This document shows positions 1 through 14,212 of a stretch of DNA of 64,000 nucleotides, in pieces. Under the pieces are notes generated by a model. That model was given only the letters and a program-made list of their open reading frames with translations. It did not search any database and had not been told where the DNA came from. The DNA is taken from the NCBI GenBank assembly GCA_951406725.2, contig OX597832.1, forward strand, positions 54,622,001-54,686,000. The letters are read 5' to 3'. Positions within the stretch are counted from its first letter, which is position 1. Every line of letters starts with the position of its first letter. The stretch is from Octopus vulgaris (lineage: Eukaryota). The translations under genes and the position numbers were made by a program.

Positions 1-60
1 CGCAGTCAAATGACTAAAACGAGTAAAAGAGTAAAAGAGAGTATGACATACATACATACA

Positions 61-94
<34 letters not shown>

Positions 95-600
95 CATACA
101 TAAACGCATACATATATGTCCATATGAACATATCTATATAATGATTAATGTTATAACTATATTGTTTTCCTAATCTAATTAATATTGTCCTGAAACAGAC
201 AATATTCTTCGAATACCCAAACAATGGGCTTTTAAGACCGGGTTTTGGAAACAGCCGATCACGTTGCTATGATACACTTCCCAAGAACTTTCAGGAAATG
301 TCTATAAGCAGAGAACATATTGTTCGTTGTTTATCGATAGCTTTCTCTAAAATGTCAATGAAACTTACTTCCTGCAGGTATTAAATTTAGCTGAATGCAA
401 AGAGAATAAGGAAACGTATTTACATCTGTTTTATTTTTTACAGCATGCCGTTAAATGTTGTCGTCCAAGTCGTTAGATTCGCTGCTGATATATCCATCAA
501 TATCTTTCTGGGTTTTCTTTCACACGTTTTGGAATTCGATCTTGAGGTAGCAACGCGATATTTCTAATAGTACGCGGGCTATTGTGAAATTAGTAAAATG

Positions 601-1197
601 CCGGCGAGCTGGCAGAAACGTTAGCACGCCGGGCAAAATGCTTAGCGGTATTTCTTCTGCCGTTACGTTCTGAGTCAAATTCCGCCGAGGTTGACATTGC
701 CTTTCATCCTTTCGGGGCCGATTAAATAAGTACCAGTTACGCACTGGAGTCGATATAATCGACTTAATCTGTTTGTCTGTCCTTGTTTGTCCTCTCTGTG
801 TTTAGCCCCTTGTGGGATGTAAAGAAATAGGTATTTCGTCTGCCGTTACATTCAGAGTTCAAATTCAACCGAAGTTGACTTTGCCTTTCATCCTTTCGGG
901 GTCGATAAATTAAGTATCAGTTACGCACTGGGGTCGATGTAATCGACTTAATCCGTTTGTCTGTCCTTGTTTGTCCCCTCTGTGTTTAGCCCCTTGTGGG
1001 TAATAAAGAAATAGGTATTTCGTCTGCCGTTACGTTCTGAGTTCAAATTCAACCGAGGTTGACTTTGCCTTCCATCATTTCGGGGTCGATAAATTAAGTA
1101 CCAGTTACGCACTGGGGTCGATATAATCGACTTAATCCGTTTGCCTGTCCTTGTTTGTCCCCTCTATGTTTAGCCCTCTGGGCAATAAAGAAATAAG
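601..1197 (+). mobile_element. tRNA-derived SINE family A, head plus two head-less ~184-bp tandem units
   Basis: A-box-like TGGCAGAAACGTTAG and B-box GAGTTCAAATTC; central GCCTTTCATCCTTTCGGGGTCGATAAATTAAGTACCAG; tail ending AAAGAAATA; units restart at GGTATTTC (830, 1014); many dispersed copies in the window. Confidence 0.9.
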
Positions 1198-1724
1198 AAA
1201 ATAATTAAATGCCGTTTGTGTGAAATACTAGACGTACACAATGGGGGAGCCTGTCTTATATGTGTGTGCGTGTGTGTGTGCGTGTGTATGTGTGTGCGTG
1301 TGTGTGTATGTTGGGGTGTATGTGTATGAATGTATGTGTATATGTGTGTGTTTGTCCGCCATCCTGAACGACAGCCGGCGCTGGTTTGTTCATGTCCCCG
1401 TAAAATAGCGGTTCGGCAAAAGAGAACGATAGAATAAGTACCAGTCCTGTCTTTTAAAAAAATGTAAGTACTGGGGTCGATTTCTTCGTCTTAACCTTTC
1501 AAGGGGTGTTCCAGCATGGCCGCGATCTAATGAGTGAAATGAGTAACAAGTAAAAGACACAAGAGGAATTTCAATCAAATAGACCTATGATCAAATACAT
1601 TCCACCTGTGACCTCTCCGTTTATTTTAGGACTACATTTTCTAATGTTCTCTTTACATTAGGCGAACCGTGAAAGGTAACCCCCTAGAAGCCCCCAGAGA
1701 TATATCTTATACTTGTTCTTTTGG

Positions 1725-1798
1725 TCTTTTATTTGTTTCAGTCATTTGACTACGGCCATGCAAATCGACCCCAGGACTTATTCTGAAAGAAGCTCGTC

Positions 1799-1869
<71 letters not shown>

Positions 1870-1875
1870 GTGTGT

Positions 1876-1937
<62 letters not shown>

Positions 1938-2160
1938 ATGTGTGTGACTATGTTTGTGTGTCTGTGTTTGTCCCCCCCCCTACATCATCGCTTGACAACC
2001 GATGCTGGTGTGTTTACGTTCCCGTAATCTAGCGGTTCGGCAAAAGAGACCGATTGAATAAGCACTAGGCTTACAAAGAATAAGTCCTGGGTTCGATTTG
2101 TTCGACTGAAGGCGGTGCTCCAGCATGGCCACAGTTAAATGACTGAAACAAGTAAAAGAG
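1725..2160 (+). mobile_element. SINE family B, 5'-truncated, with a short inverted piece of its own tail in front
   Basis: 1786-2160 matches the family B body (GAAAGAAGC..TA/TG microsatellite..CGCTTGACAACCGATGCTGG..GACTGAAACAAGTAAAAGAG); 1725-1785 is the reverse complement of tail segments. Confidence 0.8.
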
Positions 2161-2210
2161 TATATACACATACGTGTGCCTGTGTCTGTCTATGTGTGTA
2201 TGTTTGTTTG

Positions 2211-2256
<46 letters not shown>

Positions 2257-2434
2257 TTGTAAAGGTATTAAGATGACAAAAAAAGATTTGTGGCTTTTGC
2301 TTCCGCATTGCAAACAGTAAAGGAAACGGCGATGCATTCAATGGTCAGTGTGTTACTGGAGAAAATAACCATGTTCTCTCTAGCCAGAGAAAAACCCCCT
2401 AAATATGGCCATTCATCAAGCACATATACAATAC

Positions 2435-2469
<35 letters not shown>

Positions 2470-3629
2470 ATGTATATCTATGGAGCTCTTCCTATCTGTA
2501 CAGTAATATCGGCAATTGTGTATGACCAGTGGTCAGAATGCGCCTGTAACCTCACGCTTCGTTAAACCTCTGTGTGCTACTCAGCCACTTACACAATAAT
2601 GGCAAAACGGCTGGGGTTGTTCAGTTTATCGAAGAACTGGAATACTTTTCGCCCAAAACCGACGTTAGATCCATTTATATCAGATATTAATGTTCAGATA
2701 TGGATTTTCTTTTTTTTTTTTTTTGGGTTTTTATTCATCATTTATTATTATTTATTATTTTTCTTTATTGTTATTCTTTCGTTCTTCCTTTTACCGTTCA
2801 AATTGGCTGACGAACAATAGCGTCGCCTTGGAAAGAACACCAACACCAACAACAACACCAACAACACCAACAACAATAACAACAATAACAGCAACAACAA
2901 TTGCAACAATAATAACAGCTTTCGCAGGAATATGCGAAGCTTATGACATCAAATGAAACCCGAAGAATTAGGGAGTTCATTCACGCGAAGAATATTTTCG
3001 TTGCTCTGCTTGGTTTCATCTTTTATCTCGTTCTCCAATCATTTCTTCCTCTCTCGTTCTTTCTTTCATTCGCGTAGTGTCTTATATTTCTCTCTTTCAC
3101 TCTGTCACCATCTCTCTCTCTCTCTCTCTCTCTCTCCTTTCTTCCATCCATCCTTCCTTCCTTCCTTGCATTCGTTCATTCGCCCTTTGCGTCACTCGTT
3201 CTTTTTCTTTGATATTGTTATTTCTTGTCTTTTTCTTTTTCTTTTTTTTTCGTTTCTTTTTGTTTTTTTTTTGTTCTTCTTCTTTACACTTCGTATATTA
3301 TTGCAGTTATTATGGTTGGTATATATATTTTTTTTATTACTTATGCAACGCTTAAAACTGTGGTTATTGTTGTCGTTGCCGATGTTCTTGGTATCTGTTG
3401 ATATCTATTTATTATCGCTGTGCCTGCAAGCTACGTTACCGAGGTTACCTACTTTAGAGAGAGAGAGAGAGAGAGCGAAAGAAAGAGAGAGGGAGGAGAG
3501 CGGGGAGAGGGGGGAGAGAGAGGGGTAGAGCATCGTTGATGCGATAAAAATATGTTGTCGGTATGTTACGACGCATACATACATACATACACAGATCTTC
3601 ATAGCATATGCATATAAAATATGTATGCA

Positions 3630-3690
<61 letters not shown>

Positions 3691-3793
3691 CATATACGTA
3701 CATACATGTATATCTATGTGTATGTGTGAGTGTATATGTATGTATATACAGACACATAGATATATACATACGTAGGCACATATATTTATACTG

Positions 3794-3832
<39 letters not shown>

Positions 3833-3977
3833 CATACAGCCCTCCTTACCTCCTTAACTCCCTCCCTCTCTCCCTACCTACCTATATACATACATACATG
3901 CATACATATGCATATATACATAGGTGCATAAAATACGCACACACATACATACATGCAGGCATACATATATATATACA

Positions 3978-4069
<92 letters not shown>

Positions 4070-4172
4070 TATACACACATATATAGATATATATACATTT
4101 ATATGTGTGTGTGTATATAGGCACACATACACATATATATGCATATATATATATATATATAGGTATATATAT

Positions 4173-4235
<63 letters not shown>

Positions 4236-4629
4236 ACATATTCTTCCAAACTGTAGTCATTGATATTCCCAATGCGCTGCTCCATCGTTCTTCCGTATCC
4301 TTCATTTCCGTCCTACACACATCCTCCATTACGCTATCGAAATTACAATACAGGCTATTGGTGCTGTATACAATCGATATTTTTAATAGTAATATTCAAT
4401 ATACGTTGGCCCTTTTTACTTTTTTTTACTTTTTTTTTTGTTTTGTTTTGTTCCTTTTGTCTTGTTGTTATTTTCTTTTTTTTCCGCTGACGACATTTCT
4501 GAGCTAAATACTTTTGTATTCGTGTCACGAGAAGAATTTTCATAAACGAAAAATGAAACAGCGGAGAAGAATTCAACAGCAACACGATGTCACGATTTCC
4601 TTTCTAGAACGTTCATTGAAACTATAATA

Positions 4630-4968
4630 TCGGTATTGGATGAGAAGCGGTTGTGTAGCCAATGGGATATGACCAAGGCGGCAATATTTGCTTGTAGGAA
4701 ACTAAATACTAGATGAGGCAGGTTCTATAGCCAATGGCATATAGCCAAGGTAGCAATATTTGCTTGTAGAAAACTAGATACTGGATGATGCATTTTCAGT
4801 AGCCAAAGGGATATAGACAAGGCGACAGTATTTGCTTGTAGAAAACTATATACTGGGTGAGGCGGGTTCTATAACCGAAGGGATATAGACAAGGCGGTAG
4901 TATTTGTTTGTAGGAAACTAGATACTTGATGAAGCAGATTCTATAGCCAACGAGATATAGCCAAGGCC
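4630..4968. repeat. 72-bp minisatellite, ~4.7 diverged copies
   Basis: TATTTGYTTGTAG recurs at 4685, 4757, 4829 and 4901 (period 72). Confidence 0.9.
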
Positions 4969-5002
4969 GCTGTTATCTATATATATAGAAGTCTTAAGAT
5001 AT

Positions 5003-5063
<61 letters not shown>

Positions 5064-6465
5064 CGTGCGTGTGTGTGTGTGTGCACATGTTCCTCATATA
5101 TTTGAAATCTTAGTTTGCCGATTTTGATGTATGGGGTATCGAAAGATTCAGCAATCTTTCGGCTACTCAATAAACTTTACTTTCATTTACATATTTGCAT
5201 TACAAAAATTTAACATTGCAATCTTTCTATCAGTCAACGACATTTTATGCGACGACGACGACGTCACATTTTCTAAATGAGTGCGTATGTGTCTGTCGGT
5301 GTGCGTGTGTTTATGCGTTACTTACGTACGTTAGGCCGATGACTGAGAAGTATATGTGGGTGACTGTACGTGAGAGTATCTGTGTCTCAGTATACATACA
5401 TTTTGTAACGACTGACACACATCTAAAGACAGAAACAAACACACAAAGGGACAGAGATAAGCCTGAGTTGTGCGTGAATGTATGTCTGTCTTAAGTGTAT
5501 GTATGTGACTGTGCCGCCCAATAGTGAAATGCGCCGATTTTGAAAGAGTTTAGTTTAGTTACAGCCTGGACTTTTAACGAACAACAGTTTTCACTTTGAA
5601 GTACTACTGTTTGGATTTTCCTTTTCATCATGGAGACTTGCAGTTTAAACAGCATTAATGATTATCGCTACTTATGCACTGAAATATTATACTTGTTTTT
5701 ATAACCAACATGAAGATTCGGCTGATTTGACAGTACTCACAATACTCGCAAATATATCTGAAAAAAAAAATCTTATTCTGATTATTATAACACACTCGGA
5801 AACTTGCCGAAGTAGAAAGCCTTAGCAAGCAGTTCTTTCAATATAATTACAGAAATGTTATTCCAGTCCTTATAACAAGTTTGAAGATAATGCTTTTTTT
5901 AAGTCCTAACATCCTTATCGCTTTCCTGCTATGCTGCTTTATGTTAGTATGTTAGTATGTTAGTATGTTAGTATGTTAGTATTCAACACCGCGCGACTTT
6001 TTACTGCGTTAGTCAGTATTTATTCTTCAGCCTATAACCTTACACAGTTAAAATACATAGTAAGTGATGTCAAATTAATTTTATGTCTTGCAACATACAT
6101 CCTTTAGCAAATGTTTTAAATTAATTAACGTTCACAACAGCAACATATTTCTTTGTACACACCCTGTTCAGCGTTCGTTTAAAAATTGTAAAATGACACA
6201 TTATTTTTGTATGAAAAATTGAATTATGCCTTCTGAAATTTCTTGGGGCGTGACTTTCTTCACCATGGCATTCAATCCTGAATTTTCTGACATTTAGTAC
6301 ATGTTCCAAATAAATGTTGACTTTCTGTACTTCGTTACATTGGTGACGCATTGTAATTTTTGCTAAATTGGTGACTCTCTGACATTGGAATATTCCTTTT
6401 GGGAATATTCTTTCAAAAAAAAAAAAAAGATTATCACTTGTACTTGTACAAGGTGATAATACAAG

Positions 6466-6849
6466 CTACTTAAAATTGGTAATGGGATATCAACATTCAG
6501 CTCAAGACTTCAGCTACATGAAATTACATGTGGTCAAATGGTACTTTCTCTTAGGGATCTCATGGATAAAGTATTTCCTAATTTATCTGACAATTACACT
6601 GATGTAAACTGGCTATGTGAAAGAGCCATACTGGCTCCAACTAGTGAAATGGTTGATAAACTCAATCATGAAATTCTTCAAAAATGAACAGATACATCAG
6701 AGGTGACTTTTCAATCAATTGACAACAGTCAATCAAAATCAGATTGCTCAACACCTGTTGAATTTCTGAACTCACTTAAACCCACTGGGAAGCCGCCACA
6801 TAAATTGACACTAAAACTGGGCGCTCCTATTATGTTGCTTAGGAATCGT
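6466..6849 (+). pseudogene. Helitron RepHel PIF1-like helicase fragment
   Basis: One frame with one stop: LLKIGNG...DKVFPNL...WLCERAILAPTSEMVDKLN...[31 protein letters not shown], typical Helitron helicase motifs. Possible 5' terminus A|TCTATATATATA at 4976. Confidence 0.85.
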
Positions 6850-6959
6850 TAAACCAATCGTTGAATTTATAACGTAATCCTCACCATTTTATACGCCATC
6901 AAGTATTTCAAATATGAAACAAATTGCTTTTGCGACCCTGTAAGATATATACCCCAATC

Positions 6960-7620
6960 CAATTAGAACAGCAAGCTAATTAAGACAGTGATACAATTAG
7001 AACAACGAAATAATTAGTTAAGGGATATGATTAAGACAACAACATGATTAGGATGACATAATGAGGACAACACCATAATTAGGGGAGTGATATAATTAGG
7101 GTAATAACATAAATAAGTGAGTAACATAATTAGAACAGTTAGAACAGCGACCTAATTAGGACAGTGTTATAATTAGGACAACGAAATAATAAGCAAAGTG
7201 ATATAATTAGAACAACGATATAATTAGGAGAGGGACATAATTAGAACAAAAACATAAAATAATGAGGACAACGGCGTAAATTAGACAGAAACATAATTAG
7301 GACACAAGACAGTGATATAATTAGGATAGTGACATATTTAGGACTGTGATATAAGGACTGTGACATAATTATGACAAGGAGGTAATAGGAATATGACACG
7401 ACTGAGACGGTCACATAATTATGATATTGATATATTAGGACAGTGACATAGTTACGACATTGACATAATAAGGACTGTGACATAATTACGACAAGGACGT
7501 AATAGGAATATGACACAATTGAGACGGTGGCATAATTAAGACACGGAGATCATAGGAATATGACACAATTGAGACAGTGACATAATTATGACATTGGCAT
7601 ATTAGGAAAATGACATAATG
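6960..7620. repeat. degenerate ~18-20-bp tandem repeat (ATTAGGACAGTGACATA-like)
   Basis: Recurrent ataattagRaca/gtgacata units. Confidence 0.75.
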
Positions 7621-7702
7621 GCGACCCATAGTTTGTGAACCGCTGAGGTAGAGTTATTGTACATAACTGGATTCATATTGGTCACTGTGCTGCTAATATT
7701 AA

Positions 7703-8012
7703 CTGGCTCTTCGTCGCTTACGACGAGTTTTCCAGCTGATCTGGTCGACGGAACAGCCTGCTTGTGAAATTAACATGCATGCGGCTGAGTATTCCACAGA
7801 CACGTGAACCATTAACATAGTTCTCAGGGAGATTCAGTGTAACACAGAGTGTGACAAGGCTAGTCATTTGTAATAGAGGTACAACTCATTTTAGCCAGCT
7901 GAGTGGACTGGAGCAACGTGAAATAAAGTGTCTTGTTCAAGGACACAACGCATCGCCGGGAATTGAACTCACGACCGTACGATCGTGAGCCGAATGCCCT
8001 AACCCCTAAGCC
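7703..8012 (-). mobile_element. tRNA-derived SINE with CORE-like block and family C tail
   Basis: Minus strand TGGCTTAGGGGTTAG..GAGTTCAATTCC..GTGTCCTTGAACAAGACACTTTATTTCACGTTGCTCCAG; 3' part matches 36960-37120. Confidence 0.75.
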
Positions 8013-8204
8013 ATATATGTGCATGTATGCATGTATGTATGTGCGTGTGCGTTTGTGGGTGGGGCTTCTTTTAGTTCGGAACGGAGGGGAATTACCCATG
8101 ATTCCGAGACTGATGGGACAGGGGGAGGGCGGGCGGGCGGGCAGAAGGTAGAAACAACGAAACGTGGTCCTTATGCTTCCCGCAACAGATTGGACTCCAC
8201 TAAA

Positions 8205-8725
<521 letters not shown>

Positions 8726-8990
8726 ATATGAGTGTGTGCGTGTTTGTATTCACGTGAGTGTATGTGTGTGTTTGTATATGGGTGCGTTTATATATATATA
8801 TATATATTTCTGTGTGTGTGTGTATGTGTGTGTGTGTGTTTGTGACTAAATTGCTAAATTCCTTAGTACCAACGTACTTCAAATAAAAAAAGGAAGAAAA
8901 CACAAATAAAACACAGAAATACCTGTGTGCGTGTGACGTATGTATACGTGTTTTTAAGGTATAAACAATATGCTTATACACAGAAACCCT

Positions 8991-9810
<820 letters not shown>

Positions 9811-10124
9811 GAAAGAGGGTGAGAGAGGGTAGAGAGAGAAAAAGAGGGTGAGAGAGGACAGAAAGAGGGAGAAAGAGGGTGAGAGAGGCCAGAGAGAGAG
9901 AGAGAACGAGAGTGAGAGAGGGCAGAAAGGGGAAGAAAGAAGGTAAGAGAGGGCAGAAAGAGGGCGAGAGAGGGAGGGAGAGAGAGTGATGAGAGGAGAT
10001 CAGAGGCTATGGTGGTTAAAAGAGGACGAATGAACATTATTTGAACAACATCTCAAGGTGGACCTAGAACGAGCTCTAAGTAAACCGATACACCACGATG
10101 TAGTTTCAATATTCATATGACCTT

Positions 10125-10509
10125 CTTGTTGTTGTTGTTGTTGTTGTTGCTGTTACTGTTGAGCGAACGGTCTTCGTCCCAGAGCTCGCAAGATGGGAGA
10201 AGTCCGAAACGTGGTCCTTTGCTATTCGTAAGACTCGCAGAAGAGAAAGCAGGTCAAACCCCTACACCGAATGCGCATCCCGGCTCAGCGGTTGCGTAAG
10301 GGAGTCGGGGACAAGAAACAGGAAGAAAGAGTGAGAGAAAGTTGGGGCGAAAGAGTACGACAGGGGTCGCCACCACCCCCGGCCGGAGCCTCATGGAGCT
10401 TTAGGTGTTTTCGCTCAATAAACACACACAACGCCCGGTCTGGGAATCGAAACCGCGATCCTCCGACTGCGAGTCCTCTCCCCTAACCACTGAGCCATTG
10501 CGCCTCCAC
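10125..10509 (-). mobile_element. SINE family C head with an alternative 3' tail ending in (ACA)n
   Basis: Minus strand GTGGAGGCGCAATGGCTCAGTGGTTAG..GGTTTCGATTCCC; diverges from 36738-37130 after CTTCCTGTTTCT. Confidence 0.8.
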
Positions 10510-10602
10510 TGTCGTTGCTGTTTAGCTCTCACACCTGATCGAGCAGACGTATGGTAAAAGACTTTTAGCCGTGGCAATTCCGTCTTCTCGGACATAGCTT
10601 AA

Positions 10603-10837
10603 CCATTTGCCCGTGTTGTGTATCATATGCAATATACAAGACACTTCCGTGGCGTCCAAGAATCATATACCACACACATTACCCTTTTTGTTTTTCGAAC
10701 ACTAGAATAACTGGGAACTTATGAAAGACAAGCTTTATATTAATCAGAACGTATAAAACAGGGGGAATACAAAAATTCTAAAAACAAGCGCGGATGTTAA
10801 GGACAAAGTTATGGAAATGCTTTGGACAGGCGAAGAG
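10603..10837. mobile_element. possible piggyBac-like MITE
   Basis: TTAA on both sides; imperfect 12-bp TIR CCATTTGCCCGT / ACAGGCGAAGAG (8/12). Confidence 0.45.
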
Positions 10838-11354
10838 TTAATTAAGGAGGGCTTTAATTAAGGAGTTAATTAAAGAGTTAATTAAGGAAGGCCTAGGGGC
10901 GATCAGTGTCAAGATGAAATAGCTTCTGATTTAGACACGTGACCAGCAATTTCGAGGAAGAGGAGTTTATCGATTACATCACACAGGCACTAGATTGGTA
11001 CTTTATTTTATCGACCCCCCCACCCAAAAAAAAAGAAAAGCAAAGTTGACCATGGCAGTGTATGAACTTAGAACACAAAAAGCAGGAACGAATACCAGAA
11101 GGAAATTTTCCGACACTTTAACTGTTCGGATAAACCACAGTTCTTCTCCTCTACTAAAATAAAAAAAAAAAACACTGCAGTTTGAATGTTCGAAGAATCG
11201 TTAGAGCACCGGATAGAATACTCTGAGGTGTTCGTTTCAGCTCTGAGTTGAAACCCCATCGGAAACAACTCTTGTATTTTATCCTTTCAGAGTCGCTATA
11301 TAACATGCAAGGGTTGTAATAGGATCGATCCTTCCCTTCTCATTTTATAGCTGA

Positions 11355-11743
11355 CTAGCAGTATCTCCCGGCGTTGCTCGGGTTTGTTTCGACCCTGTAG
11401 AATTAGAATTTTTGAAAAGTAAAAATGTTGCATTATGTAGCTTGTTATTCTCTTTAGGTAAACATTTTTCTGGTTGAAATACACCGAAAAATGGCGATAC
11501 AGCAGTTAAAAAATCGTAAAAATTAGGGATTTTCATAGAAAAAAAGCACGTTTTGATGTAAATAAATTTTGGTCTTAACATGGTCCGATTTGAATTTTTT
11601 CTTTTATGGAAGAAAGAGCAAGCCTTCTTCTATTATACTCTCAATTTTGGTCAACTTGCGCCGCAGAGTCTCGGAGGAGATAGTGTTAGTTGAAGACTAC
11701 CAAACCTGCCATACGCAGACAACTTCAGCTTTATATATACAGA
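11355..11743 (-). mobile_element. non-autonomous Helitron (389 bp)
   Basis: Minus strand starts TCTGTATATATAAAG and ends CCCGAGCAACGCCGGG hairpin..CTAG; inserted between A and T with no TSD. Confidence 0.85.
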
Positions 11744-12460
11744 TTTTTTTCTCACCCTGGAATGAATCGGATTTGGTCATAAAAGTCTTCTTCTCGTGTT
11801 TAATCAGAAGAAACCATCATACAACAAACGTCAACTTGGCAACGATGTTTTATAAATGGTTTCAAATAAATAGAGAAACAGATTCAGGAAAAAAAACTAA
11901 GGGAACAGTGTGTATCGAGAAGAAATTCTTTTGTGGAATTGGTAAATATGGATTTAAAGTTCATATGCCGTTGAAAGACGTGGTTAATTTCCAGTTAAGG
12001 TTTTTCGTGGGAAGAAAATAAGTTTTTATTTGTTTATTTTGTGAAGCGTGATGTTTCAGTGAAACCCTTTCGTCACAGAGCACGTCATATGAATCAATCC
12101 AAATTTACAAATCAATGTTGGATACGTTTCTTGACAGATATCGTTAAACAACTAAAACGGTTGAGCTGACCGCTGACAACAAATAACATTTTGAAATATG
12201 TTACTACCATGTGTATATATAAACAAACTGACATTTGTTTTTGTTTTTCTAGTTTTTTTTTAGAAGCTTCGAATGTGTCTCAGACGATATAGAAAAGAAA
12301 GAGGTATTTGGAACGCAGTATCAGCAGAGAAATTGGGTATTATTACCCTTCGAAGGCGGGAAAAGTTGTCAACAATGTTTTTAATAGAAACTAAGGTAAA
12401 AGGAAACGGTGACGTTGTTGACTTTTCTCGGCGTACGTTTAGATAATCTTTCGTCGTTTA

Positions 12461-12698
12461 TCTTTTACTCGTCTCAGTCATTAGACTGCGGCCATGCTGG
12501 AGTACCGCCTTGGAAAATTTCTTTTTTAGTCGTACGAATCAACCCCCTTATCCCCCAGTACTTAATTTTTTTTTTAAGCCTGGTACTTATTCTATCTGTC
12601 ACTTTTGCCGAACCTCAAAGTTATGGGGACGTAAACACACCAGCACCGGTTGTCAAGCTGTGGTAGGTGACAGACATACACACACACGTGCGTCCCCC

Positions 12699-12729
<31 letters not shown>

Positions 12730-12882
12730 CGACGGGCTTCTTTCAGTTTCCGTCTACCAAATCCACGCACAAGGCCTTGGTCGGAGCGAGGCTATAGTAG
12801 AAGGCACTTGTCCAAGATGCCACACAATGGGATTGAACTCGGAACCGTGTGGTTGGTAAGCAAGCTTCTAACCACACAGCCA
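12461..12882 (-). mobile_element. SINE family B
   Basis: Reverse complement of family B head, internal TA tract and body. Confidence 0.85.
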
Positions 12883-13667
12883 TACCAGTGCTTGTAAATG
12901 ATTTAAAAGTATTTCTAGATGTTCAGATATACGTATGTCGTTAATGGTTGGGTTGATAAGAGAAAAAATGAACTTTTAGACTGACGATAAAAAAAAGGTG
13001 TGAGTGAATTTATAATTAAATTAAATTGTAACAGTTTAAAATTGTCAGGGATTTAAAGTTATGATGAGTTTGTGAAACTGTAAAAGTCGCAGGAATGAAT
13101 GTTATCAAATTAGCGAAGCTTACGCGAACGAATTGGATGAAAAGATTAAGAGAAACACCACGAAAAAATAATGGTAATTATTGAATAAAAAAAAGTAATA
13201 GGTAGGTTTCTTAATGATATTATGGAGTGATAATAGGTAAAGATCTTGTGTGTTGTGAGGAGAACATATGAGGATATGTACGTATGTGAGTGTGTTCGGC
13301 AAATTAATGCAATTAAAATGTTATTTTAAATTGAGGAAGTCAGACATTCAAGTCGAATTAGGAGAAACACAGAAGATAAATGCACGGAAATGCGAGTGAT
13401 TTGAGAAATAAAAGAAGCGATGAACAGTTTGAAGAGGTAATGAGAAGGGACATAACTAATATAAGCTTTATTATGAAGTGAAAGATGTAAAAGCGGGAAT
13501 AACGAAGATATACTTTGTATTGCCTGACTTTTACACATGGTCATGCAATTATAACAGAGTAAGTAAATGAACGTAAATCATCAAAACCAGACGATTTCAT
13601 TCGATATTTACAAGTCTACATACTACATTAGTTACGTCCCTTCTTATTAGCTCTTCAAACTATTTTT

Positions 13668-13847
13668 CATCATCATCATCACCGTTGTCATCATCGTCGT
13701 CCTCCTCATCATCGTTGTCATCATCGTCATCCTCATCATCATCGTTGTCATCATCGTCGTCCTCATCATCATCGTTGTCATCATCGTCGTCGTCATCATC
13801 ATCACCATCATCATCATCAACAACAACATCATCATCATCATCATCAA

Positions 13848-13891
<44 letters not shown>

Positions 13892-13953
13892 ACAACATCC
13901 TCACCATCATCAACATCATCATCATCATCATCATCATCATCACCACCACCATC

Positions 13954-14040
<87 letters not shown>
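13668..14040. repeat. (CAT)n compound microsatellite followed by (CT)n
   Basis: Direct inspection. Confidence 0.95.
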
Positions 14041-14044
<4 letters not shown>

Positions 14045-14212
14045 CTCATTTCACTTACATTTCCGTGTACGCGTCCTTTATGTTTCCCCTAATTCAATGA
14101 CAGCATCTTGACTTCCGATATTCAAAGTACATTTTAACAACATAAACTCACCGAACACACATTCTTATTTACCCTCATATTTTCTCGTCATTAAGAAACC
14201 TGCCGACTCTTT

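Noticed and set aside
181-568. Open frame that continues across a 66-nt GT..AG intron-like gap (378-443)
   Set aside because: Product resembles no family I recognise and there are no supporting exons
2807-2840. CTGACGA...GAAA hammerhead-like spacing
   Set aside because: No stem II or stem I pairing
11392-11413. ACCCTGTAGAATTAGAATTT resembling miR-10
   Set aside because: Several mismatches, no precursor hairpin, and it lies inside a Helitron
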